Shown here: positions 16,503 through 24,595 of the stretch, piece after piece
Position numbering within the stretch: the stretch's first letter is position 1
How the letters are laid out: each line of letters opens with the position of its first letter
Assembly (NCBI GenBank): GCA_049322315.1
Contig: JBMORF010000037.1
Location: 3,864-67,863, forward strand
Source: Thermodesulfobacteriota bacterium
GTDB lineage: Bacteria > Desulfobacterota > Desulfobaccia > Desulfobaccales > 0-14-0-80-60-11
Length of the DNA stretch: 64,000 bases
Direction: 5' to 3'
The notes under the pieces: generated by a model
Databases searched by the model: none
The model's input: the letters and a program-made list of their open reading frames with translations, nothing else
Told to the model about the DNA's origin: nothing
Made by a program: the position numbers and the translations under genes

Positions 16503-19500
16503 ATGAAAGCTGGTAATGGCATCAACTGCAGCACCATACCCTTAACCGGGGTCAAACTCTCCTCGCGTAGCTTTGATCCGGACTATCCTTATGGCCTTCT
16601 CCTTGTTCAACTCCGGCCTAAATTCGCTGAAGGAGTTAGAGGGTGCCCCATTAGGCAAAAAATTTCCTCCGATTACCATGAAAAGATTTTCGAGATACTA
16701 AGTTTTGCCATTGAGCGTAAGGTGCATTTCTGTGTATTGCCGGAATACGCTATACCGATCGCTTGGGTCAATGAAATACTGAGAATAGTGGCTGCTAATG
16801 CCCCCCCAAACAGTGTTTTCATTCTGCCCCTGGAACATCTTGAGGGTGAGCATCTACCATGGCTCTTAGAGGAGGCTGGAGTAGCACCGGAGTTCCAAAT
16901 ATCCTACCAGAAAGAACTGACCCAAAGCTCAGGGAAGAGGGTGCTAAACTTATGTTGGATTTTGGCCAAAGGTGAGATGGGCGAACTCCACTCTCATTTT
17001 CAAGCGAAGTTTTATCCCGCGGAAATTGAAGAACCTCCCCACTTATATCCTCACCGTTTTCAAGGTGGACGAGCCTTGCGAATATTCAAAACCGACGATG
17101 AATCACCCCGCACTTTTGTAATTTTTATTTGCTTCGACTTTATAGGCCAGGAACCTGGTTCCAGCAATCTTTTAACAGTCCTCCAGAACCACATGATGCG
17201 GGAGCAGCGACAAGTTGACTGGTTGCTGGTCCCTCAGTGTAATCCCAGACCGATTCATTCAAAATTTCTGCAAGCTCTTGACCTCTTTTATCAGAATCAA
17301 TTGTTAGATGACCCTTCACACAAAAAGGGCGCTACCGCAATATTTTGGATCAATACTTCCGGTGGGTTCTCTAACCCTCTTGCAACCGTTGGCTCTTTTG
17401 GGGGATCGGCGCTTGTGGGGCGATTTCGATCTTATGAAACAGAACTTACCACCTCCTTCCCTTGTCCCGCTAAATTAGGAATCTACCGTCGAATGGTCAT
17501 TAAAATCGAAGAAGAAGTGGCCTTTCTGTATGCTGACAAGCCATTGTCTGAAAAAAGCAGAATGGACATCACGGGTCGGAAAGGGTTTTTGCTGGAATTT
17601 TACCATTGGTCCCCTTCTACCAAATGGACTCTAATTAATGATCCCAATAATCCTCCCTGGAACCCTGGTTTTTTCCGGTCACATTTCAAACTTCTTGAGT
17701 CGCTGGCTCGATGGCATGGCAAGGAGCAAGACCGCAAGGTAAGCGGAGATTTACCACAGATTTCTGATTATATTCCCCTAAGAATAGAACTGGAACAACG
17801 GGACTTCCAAACACAGGAACAACGGGACTTCCAAGCATTGTATCCAGAAAAGCTTTTGAGTAAGTGTTTAGAGCCTGGCTGGGCAAAGGGTAGATGGTGG
17901 GGGACTTTTGACACAGATTATTTTCTAAGAAGCCGCGGTAAATTTTTACTTGTTGGAGAGGTAGGAACAGGAAAAACAACCATGCTTCATTGGCTTGCAT
18001 CTAAAATCGCAATTGACATGCAACGTCTCCCTTTTTACCTAAATTTGCGGGACATTAGAGGCATTGTTACTTATGATAAACTCTCCCGTGCCTTTTCCAA
18101 TTATGCCAAACCTCATATACCAAGAATTGCGAAAGGCCACTTCGATCAACTCTTGGACCAAGGTCGTTTAGTTTTTCTTTTTGATGGGTTAGACCAGGTT
18201 TCGATCGAGGATTACGGAACCCTTGTGCGACAATTGCTTCTTCTTGTCAAGGGTAATGAGCTGATCCTTGCCACAAGGCCAACTCCCGCCCGATACCTTG
18301 AGGACATCCGCGACCTGAACGTCCTGAGGCTGAAACCCTTCGACGAGGATGATAGAAAAGCTTACTTCGGCGATAGCCTGTATGAAAGAGCAATTGAATA
18401 CTGTGCTATGGCCCCGGAACTGACCAAAGTTCCCATATTAGCTTATATGGTTAAGCGGCTTCTTATTGCTGGTGATTCTCCAACCCAAGGGAAACGGTCA
18501 GGCCTCTATGCATCTTTTATCAACCATATATTATTCACACAACATAGTTCTTTAATTTCCCAGGCAAACCGTGTGCATCGTACATTGAAAGCACTGGCAT
18601 TTTGGTCCCTGGCTGCCGTTGATCCACAGTTTGGCTTTGCTGACTATGATGTTTTTGACCAGCATAACGAAGGACGCGTGAACGAACGGAAACTCTTAGA
18701 CTTCGGACTAGTTAATTCTCTATTGGAACGGGGACAAGGGTCCAGACCCCAATTGTTCTTTACTCACCAATCATTTCAGGAGTTCCTTGCAGCCCAATAT
18801 GCTTTAGAGAATAAAACTGCGAAAGCTTTGGTATTGAAGGAAATGTGGCGCTACAAGTGGCAGGAAGTCATAAAGTTCATGGTAGGATTGGATGAGAAAG
18901 GAGAAATTTTAAGTACAATATACAAAGGATCGGAAAAAGATAACGTAATCCATGGGTATCTGTTTTTAGCGGCTAAATACTTTCCAGAAGCCGCATTCTA
19001 TGACAAAACCATGGCGGCTTCTATCGAGGATGCTCTTACTTCTTTGAGCTTGACAGAGCCCTTTCAAGGTGAAGCCCTCCAGGCTCTTGCCCTGCTAGGG
19101 ACATCATCATCTCTGGGTCGAATCATCGACCTTATGGAAACCTCGGAGATACTCTCCAAGAAGGCGTTATTTTCCCTTGAAGAAGGTTTGCGGCACTTAC
19201 CTGATCAGTTTATTCTTGATAAGCTTATCACCATTGTAGCTAAATTTCTCACTGATGAGGAAAATTGGATACGTGCAGTCGCCATTAGAGTCTTATCGAA
19301 CCTTGGGAAACATCAGCTTATTGAGCCCATAATCTATATTGGCAAAAATATTTTTGATAAGCACCCACTTGTACACCAGGAAGCCATTAAGGCTTTGCGG
19401 TATCTGGGAAAACATCTTTCGCCTGAGGTTATCCTGGGGGTGGCACAACGTCTCTCCGAGGCAAGGCCAGAGTTACGCTGGGCTACCCTTCACTTGTTAA

Positions 19501-20426
19501 GGGCGCAGGGGGAAGACCCTCCTCCTAAGAAATCCATACGATTCATCAATTGGAATATAGAAGGGCATCGAGTTCTCATTGACGCCCTTGTTAATCCAGA
19601 GAACCTTTACCCTGATCTAATCCCCGAAGTGGCTCAATGGGTTGCCGAGACGGACCAACTTGATCGTAAATTTTTTGTTGACGATCTAATTACGTTGGGG
19701 GAAATACCTTACGAACTAATCCCTCGGGTGGATCAATGGCTTTCTGATTTAGACCCTCAGGAGCATTTCTCTTTGCTTGGGGTTCTTCCATCTAATAAAT
19801 GCGTGGATGGAGATATGGCGGTCCAAAAGGAATATCGTCCTGCCATTTACGCTCTAAAGCCTCTTTTTGAGGAGCCTTCTCCATTGACAGACCTCCCGAA
19901 TGAGCTCATTCCTGAGGTGACTAACTGGTTCTGTGATCCAGACCATGGGGTGCGCTTAGTCGCAGTTTGTGCCCTGAAAGCCTTTCCAGAGATTCTTCCG
20001 CCTGGGCTCATTCCCAAAGTGGCCAAGTGTCTTGCCGATGATTACCCAGATGTGCGTTGGGAGGCCCTCTATAGTATTTGGTGGAGGGAAACACATTTGT
20101 GGCAGGATATGCTTATCGAACTCATTCCCGAAGTAGCTGAGTGTCTTAACGATGAAGTCCCAATGGTGCGTCAACATGCTATTCAAGCTCTAAGTACCTT
20201 TGAGGGGACTTTTCCGCCTGGGCTCATTCCCAAAGTGGCCAAGTGTCTTGCCGATGAAGACGAAGGTGTGCGTCGGGAGGCTTTTAATATCTTGAGAGAG
20301 CTAAGTCGGTCGCATGAAGAAGTTTGGCAACTTAAGCCATCCAAAGAAACCGCTTCAAGGGAAAAAATATTTAGCAAGAATTCTCAGCCATCAGAATCAG
20401 ATAACGGAGATGAACCTCCTTTTTAA
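16503..20426 (+). CDS. CN-hydrolase (nitrilase superfamily)-like + NACHT-type STAND NTPase + HEAT-repeat protein, 1307 aa
   Basis: CN-hydrolase order of motifs: FCVLPEY (E81), FQAKFYPAEIEE (K169), FVIFICFDF (C210). NACHT: LLVGEVGTGKTT, LVFLFDGLDQV, ILATRP, FTHQSFQEFLAAQYA. C-terminal HEAT-like repeats such as LIPKVAKCLADDYPDVRWEAL. Only plus-strand gene in the area. AT-richer by eye. Confidence 0.8.
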   Translation: MKAGNGINCSTIPLTGVKLSSRSFDPDYPYGLLLVQLRPKFAEGVRGCPIRQKISSDYHEKIFEILSFAIERKVHFCVLPEYAIPIAWVNEILRIVAANAPPNSVFILPLEHLEGEHLPWLLEEAGVAPEFQISYQKELTQSSGKRVLNLCWILAKGEMGELHSHFQAKFYPAEIEEPPHLYPHRFQGGRALRIFKTDDESPRTFVIFICFDFIGQEPGSSNLLTVLQNHMMREQRQVDWLLVPQCNPRPIHSKFLQALDLFYQNQLLDDPSHKKGATAIFWINTSGGFSNPLATVGSFGGSALVGRFRSYETELTTSFPCPAKLGIYRRMVIKIEEEVAFLYADKPLSEKSRMDITGRKGFLLEFYHWSPSTKWTLINDPNNPPWNPGFFRSHFKLLESLARWHGKEQDRKVSGDLPQISDYIPLRIELEQRDFQTQEQRDFQALYPEKLLSKCLEPGWAKGRWWGTFDTDYFLRSRGKFLLVGEVGTGKTTMLHWLASKIAIDMQRLPFYLNLRDIRGIVTYDKLSRAFSNYAKPHIPRIAKGHFDQLLDQGRLVFLFDGLDQVSIEDYGTLVRQLLLLVKGNELILATRPTPARYLEDIRDLNVLRLKPFDEDDRKAYFGDSLYERAIEYCAMAPELTKVPILAYMVKRLLIAGDSPTQGKRSGLYASFINHILFTQHSSLISQANRVHRTLKALAFWSLAAVDPQFGFADYDVFDQHNEGRVNERKLLDFGLVNSLLERGQGSRPQLFFTHQSFQEFLAAQYALENKTAKALVLKEMWRYKWQEVIKFMVGLDEKGEILSTIYKGSEKDNVIHGYLFLAAKYFPEAAFYDKTMAASIEDALTSLSLTEPFQGEALQALALLGTSSSLGRIIDLMETSEILSKKALFSLEEGLRHLPDQFILDKLITIVAKFLTDEENWIRAVAIRVLSNLGKHQLIEPIIYIGKNIFDKHPLVHQEAIKALRYLGKHLSPEVILGVAQRLSEARPELRWATLHLLRAQGEDPPPKKSIRFINWNIEGHRVLIDALVNPENLYPDLIPEVAQWVAETDQLDRKFFVDDLITLGEIPYELIPRVDQWLSDLDPQEHFSLLGVLPSNKCVDGDMAVQKEYRPAIYALKPLFEEPSPLTDLPNELIPEVTNWFCDPDHGVRLVAVCALKAFPEILPPGLIPKVAKCLADDYPDVRWEALYSIWWRETHLWQDMLIELIPEVAECLNDEVPMVRQHAIQALSTFEGTFPPGLIPKVAKCLADEDEGVRREAFNILRELSRSHEEVWQLKPSKETASREKIFSKNSQPSESDNGDEPPF

Positions 20427-20665
20427 TTTTACAATTTGACCCAGAAATCCAAATCTTTCAGAATGCACTTATGAACTATCTAATGTGAAAGCCCATTGGT
20501 GTCTCTATATGGTAAATAGATAGGTTATTCTCACGATTCTCACTTTTTCTGCATTTCTAATGCTCAATGTAATGCAAAAAGGTCAGTTCATGTATACGTA
20601 TAGCTGCTCTTTATCTGCATTAGAAATAGGAAGAACGCTTAGTTAACATGAGGATCATATAATCC

Positions 20666-20947
20666 TCATGGATGTGACCAAAGAAAATCATTTGCTTTGC
20701 TCACTGCCACCTGACCTTTTTTAATCTCGCCAATTAAGTCCTCCCGGTATTTGGCTTCCTTGGCAGCGTCTTCCAGAGAGAACCACACGCCGGGCTTGCC
20801 GGTCTGAGGGTGATTCAGGGGCTCGGTCTTTAGGATCGGGGCTGGAGGAATCTCCGGCCGGGGGAGGCTAATCTTTATCCCCTGACTGCACCCCGCGGTT
20901 AAAATAAGCAGACATGCCAGCAGCATCGCCGTTTTGAACCATTTCAT
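20666..20947 (-). CDS. o-spanin (outer-membrane lipoprotein, Rz1-like)
   Basis: 93 aa. Signal peptide plus lipobox LILTAGC. Pro-rich. The gene start is embedded in the 3' end of the upstream TM-anchored ORF (overlapped spanin architecture). Confidence 0.75.
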   Translation of the reverse strand: MKWFKTAMLLACLLILTAGCSQGIKISLPRPEIPPAPILKTEPLNHPQTGKPGVWFSLEDAAKEAKYREDLIGEIKKGQVAVSKANDFLWSHP

Positions 20948-21161
20948 CTATCTTCTCCTTTTTGGCTTGGGTTTCGGCTTGGATTGATTGCTGGGCTCGC
21001 GAGATTTCTGCCTGGGCCAGGAGACCGTCCCGCTCCCGCCGAGCGGTGTCGGCCTGGCGCTTGTACCACCAGCCCCGGGCCCAGAAGCCGCCCAGGAGCG
21101 CAAGTACTCCACCCAGGGCGCCAAGTTTTGAGAAAATTAAGGACAGAATCAAGTCCATCAT
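20868..21161 (-). CDS. i-spanin (Rz-like, N-terminal TM plus coiled coil)
   Basis: 97 aa. MMDLILSLIFSKLGALGGVLALLGGFW is a TM segment, followed by a charged helical region. Overlaps the o-spanin gene by 80 nt. Confidence 0.7.
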   Translation of the reverse strand: MMDLILSLIFSKLGALGGVLALLGGFWARGWWYKRQADTARRERDGLLAQAEISRAQQSIQAETQAKKEKIDEMVQNGDAAGMSAYFNRGVQSGDKD

Positions 21162-21203
21162 GGTCTCCTCTTTTATAGTTGAGGGGGGCAGGTTCGAACC
21201 GGC

Positions 21204-21656
21204 TCAAGGCCCTCGCTTAATCTTAGTGATTTCAGTGGCCGCGAAGCCGCCGAAGCCAGCGGCCAGGATGGTTTGGGCCAAGGCGGTGAGGTTGTCCCCC
21301 AGGTCCTTTTTCAGGTAAAAGGCATAGTAGCCGTAGACCACCATGACCAGGATGGTGGCCACCACCGCCAGGACCGCTCCCGTGCTCACCCGTTCCTGGT
21401 TCCCTGACAGGAACTCCCCCCACCAAACGCTTGCTCCCGCGGTCAAGTCGCTTGCCCGGCGCATGGTCCGTCGCATCCATCCCTGGCGCTCTAGCATGTC
21501 TGAATCCGGTGCCTGCGGCTGCGCTGGGCAAGGGTCAGGGGCAGTTTCCGGGGAAGGTGCGGAAGCAGTCATCTCGGGTGAAGCTTCGGGAGCATCCACC
21601 TGCCTGCTTTCAACGGCCCTGGGTCTGAAACTGATGGGTAGTTTTTCCTTTTCCAT
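21204..21656 (-). CDS. Membrane protein of the lysis cassette (holin/antiholin candidate)
   Basis: 150 aa. Pro/Ala-rich N-terminus, then two hydrophobic helices (GAVLAVVATILVMVVYGYYAFY, ILAAGFGGFAA). Confidence 0.5.
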   Translation of the reverse strand: MEKEKLPISFRPRAVESRQVDAPEASPEMTASAPSPETAPDPCPAQPQAPDSDMLERQGWMRRTMRRASDLTAGASVWWGEFLSGNQERVSTGAVLAVVATILVMVVYGYYAFYLKKDLGDNLTALAQTILAAGFGGFAATEITKIKRGP

Positions 21657-21659
21657 GGC

Positions 21660-22238
21660 CTATTCCGGAAACTGTTCCAAGAGCCAGAGATAATGCCGGA
21701 AGACCTCGGTGGCATAATCGTGGCCGGTGGTGCGGGAGTCGCAAATCTCCCAGAACCTGGGGTCCCAGATATCCAGGCCGGCCAGTTCGCCCTGGTAGGC
21801 GGACCAGACCTTAGACATATTTCCCTCCCCGCAGTTGTAGGCGGCGGAAGCGAACCAGAAGAGAGCGGGCCCGGCCAAGTCGGTATTGGTCCCCAGGTAG
21901 TTGAACTTGTCCTGCCAGCACTGCGCGCCGCAGGGAATATTGATGGTGGGCTCCTTCCAGAACCAGACGGGCATGCCAGGCTGAAACAGCCCCCGGAAGC
22001 TGCCGGTGTCCAATTGCATGATCCCGTGGCCCCGGCCGCCGTCTCCCAGGATGTTTTGGATCCGTGTCTCCCGGTAGCCGATGGCCGCGAGCACGTGTGG
22101 CTGCATATCTACTGCCTGGGCAGCCAGGGTAAAGATAGGCCAATACAGTTTGGCCCGCTCAAAGGCCCCGGATTTAGGGTCAAAGGGTAAGGGCTCCAGA
22201 CCCTCGGGAAACTCCATCTTTTCAGCAAGCAAGCCCAT
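21660..22238 (-). CDS. Endolysin, SLT/lytic-transglycosylase-like
   Basis: GYRETRIQN...GHGIMQLD resembles the SLT catalytic Glu and GLMQ motifs. Start moved to MGLLAEK (TGATG overlap with the upstream stop, GGAGGA RBS). Confidence 0.7.
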   Translation of the reverse strand: MGLLAEKMEFPEGLEPLPFDPKSGAFERAKLYWPIFTLAAQAVDMQPHVLAAIGYRETRIQNILGDGGRGHGIMQLDTGSFRGLFQPGMPVWFWKEPTINIPCGAQCWQDKFNYLGTNTDLAGPALFWFASAAYNCGEGNMSKVWSAYQGELAGLDIWDPRFWEICDSRTTGHDYATEVFRHYLWLLEQFPE

Positions 22239-22603
22239 CAGGATTCCTCCTTCGTTTTGTGGTGATGGTTTTTGATAAACAGGGCCATGGCACATTCGCC
22301 CTTCCGACAGGCCGACATGAAGTCCTCCACCCGCTCCACGAAGGCCATGCCTACCTTCTCCAGGGTCTCCACCACGGCCTTAAGGTCATCCTTGGTGACC
22401 AGCTGGGGGAGCACGTTGCCCCGCAGGTCTTCCTGCCGCTTCTCCAGCTTTTCCAGCCGGTTCCAGACGATGTTGCCCAGGGCCCCGGCGAACACGCCGA
22501 CCAGAGCGCCCATGGTCCCCACCAGGACAATCAGGGTGCCGGTGTGGTTCTGCAACTCTGTGATCAATGAAGGCTCGGACACAGTCACCTCCTTTCTATT
22601 CAA
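22238..22603 (-). CDS. Small TM protein, holin candidate
   Basis: 121 aa. One clear TM (GTLIVLVGTMGALVGVFAGALGNIVW), then a charged tail. Sits directly upstream of the endolysin. Confidence 0.5.
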   Translation of the reverse strand: MNRKEVTVSEPSLITELQNHTGTLIVLVGTMGALVGVFAGALGNIVWNRLEKLEKRQEDLRGNVLPQLVTKDDLKAVVETLEKVGMAFVERVEDFMSACRKGECAMALFIKNHHHKTKEES

Positions 22604-22609
22604 GCTTTC

Positions 22610-23581
22610 TTACTCCCAGTATGAGACCGGGAAGGTTCTCTTCCCCCACTGTGTCTGATAGCGCAGCATCCGGTTGGGCACGGGGAAGACCCTGCGGGTG
22701 ACTATGGACGGGTTAACGCCATATGCGACCATGAGGCCGCCAGCGTTCACCTGCACTTCCCCGATTTCGGCGAAAAGCCCGTAAGCCGCCATAAGGCCGG
22801 CCGCGTCCACCCTGACAAAGCCGTCCTGGTCCGTAAACCCAACCTGTGCCCCTGCAGCCTCGACCCGCACTTCGGTCATGGGGTAGGAGTAGGACACGGT
22901 ACGGATGGCATCGATCTCCTTGGCCGTCAACAGCTCATTGAAGACCACCACCTCGTCCAACAGGCCGTCGTGGCAGTAGGAGGAGTTGCCGTCGTGCCGG
23001 GCGCCGATGGTGAAGTCGGCATCCTCGACATGCAACTGGTTGGCGAAGGTCTTGAAGTACTCTGTCACCACGGAGTTGGAAGCCCGTAAGACCCTGATAT
23101 AGGCCGTCCGATTCACCCCATCGACGCTGACGCCGACGTGGTACCACTCCCCGTTGTTGATCAGGTAGCCGGTATCGATGGTCTCCGCACTGTCGCCGTT
23201 GTTGTAGCCGCAGTAGAGCTTCAGCCAGGCGTAGTCCCGCACGATGGCAAAGGAGCGGCGGCCGTTGGTATCGAATTTCGCCACGAGGTAACCAGGGCTG
23301 ATGTTGCTCTCGGGCTTGATCCAGAAACACACCGCAATTTTCTTAATGACATCCCCGCTCTTCAGCGGGAAGCCGGCATCCAATTGGCTGTCCGGCCGGC
23401 TGCCCCATTCGGCATTGTCCTTCTCGAAGTCGGCGGCACAGGAGCCCTCCTTCATATCAGCTGACGTGAAGCCGACCGTGTTGTGTTCGGTAAGGTGGTT
23501 CCCTCCCTTGCTGTCGTTCAGGTTGTTTTCGAACCGGTACAAGGCCTTGACCCTGGGGTCGGCGGAGAAGTCGTTGGCCAT
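22610..23581 (-). CDS. LamG/concanavalin-A-like lectin-domain tail fibre/receptor-binding candidate
   Basis: 323 aa. FWIKPES...WYHVGVSVDG...AYIRV and the LDEVVVFN pattern are typical of Laminin_G_3 domains. Last structural gene before lysis. Confidence 0.55.
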   Translation of the reverse strand: MANDFSADPRVKALYRFENNLNDSKGGNHLTEHNTVGFTSADMKEGSCAADFEKDNAEWGSRPDSQLDAGFPLKSGDVIKKIAVCFWIKPESNISPGYLVAKFDTNGRRSFAIVRDYAWLKLYCGYNNGDSAETIDTGYLINNGEWYHVGVSVDGVNRTAYIRVLRASNSVVTEYFKTFANQLHVEDADFTIGARHDGNSSYCHDGLLDEVVVFNELLTAKEIDAIRTVSYSYPMTEVRVEAAGAQVGFTDQDGFVRVDAAGLMAAYGLFAEIGEVQVNAGGLMVAYGVNPSIVTRRVFPVPNRMLRYQTQWGKRTFPVSYWE

Positions 23582-23582
23582 G

Positions 23583-24584
23583 TCAATTCACCGCCTGGAG
23601 GGCCAGCCTAGCGTTGTTGACGGCATCCACCGTCCAGCTGCCCCCCGCCGGATTCTGGTCCAGGCTGTACTTACGGATCAGGGAAGACACCGGCAGATCT
23701 ATGGGGTCCGAAAGATAATCCGTGTTGTCGATCCGCACCCCCAGCTTCAGACGGTCCGGGTCCAGAAAAGCCCCTTTGAGGCAAAACGCCTGTACCTGGA
23801 CCGCCTTCACCGTCAGGGCCTCGGCGGGCAGGTTTTCCACGTCAAAGTGCTCTTTTTCGTCAGCCGTGCTGGTCTTGATGTAGTCCGCGCCGCTGGGAGG
23901 CACCTCGTCAATGGCCGCATAGTGCGAGCCTGAGGGTGTGACGTCCCATTCGTTGGTGGGTCCGTCGGCGGTGGGCTTCAGGAGTTTGACCTTGAGCCCG
24001 TTGGGCCAGAAGTTGTTGACCGAGTCGGAAATATCATTGACAATGACGTCATCGACGTAACACTGCATCCCTACCCCCGGGTCCAGATACCATTGCACCC
24101 GGTCGATGGCGGAAGCCGTGCCGGGTTTGGTGTCACCGCTATAAATCCCTTCCGGAACCCCGTCCACCCGCAATTCCACCACGCCGCCGGAGTCGGCCAC
24201 CTTGATATGCAGCTCCACCACGTACCAGGCTCCCAGCTGGAAGATGGTGCTGCTGGTGATGATCTTGGTGGCCCGGTTCCCCATCCAGACGCAAAGGTGC
24301 CTTTCGCCGTCAAAATCGGTGCAAATGATTATCTCCGAAGCCCCATTCCTCATGACCCGGAAGTGCTTGTTATTGGGGGTGTAATAGTTGCTCACGTAAA
24401 GGGCATATTGGATATACAACTCGTCCTTGTCCGGTATGGCGAACCAGAACCCCTGGCCGTTATAAGTCTGCCAGGAATAATCCCCGCCCCGTTTATAGGT
24501 GCCGGAGATCACCACGGAACCGTCGGTACCGTCCGGCTCCTTGGCACTGTTCCACTCCGCCCCGAAAAGAACCTGCATACTCAT
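23583..24584 (-). CDS. Phage tail-fibre-region protein (jelly-roll/LamG-like)
   Basis: 333 aa. WYVVELHIKVADSGGVVELRVDG. Coupled to its neighbours. Confidence 0.5.
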   Translation of the reverse strand: MSMQVLFGAEWNSAKEPDGTDGSVVISGTYKRGGDYSWQTYNGQGFWFAIPDKDELYIQYALYVSNYYTPNNKHFRVMRNGASEIIICTDFDGERHLCVWMGNRATKIITSSTIFQLGAWYVVELHIKVADSGGVVELRVDGVPEGIYSGDTKPGTASAIDRVQWYLDPGVGMQCYVDDVIVNDISDSVNNFWPNGLKVKLLKPTADGPTNEWDVTPSGSHYAAIDEVPPSGADYIKTSTADEKEHFDVENLPAEALTVKAVQVQAFCLKGAFLDPDRLKLGVRIDNTDYLSDPIDLPVSSLIRKYSLDQNPAGGSWTVDAVNNARLALQAVN

Positions 24585-24595
24585 GGCGTTACTCC

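Noticed and set aside
20647-20670. Hairpin CATGAGGAT-CATATA-ATCCTCATG overlapping the o-spanin stop codon
   Set aside because: It has no T-tract for an intrinsic terminator and no partner repeat that would make it an att site. It is probably incidental, although it marks where homology to the left spanin copy begins.
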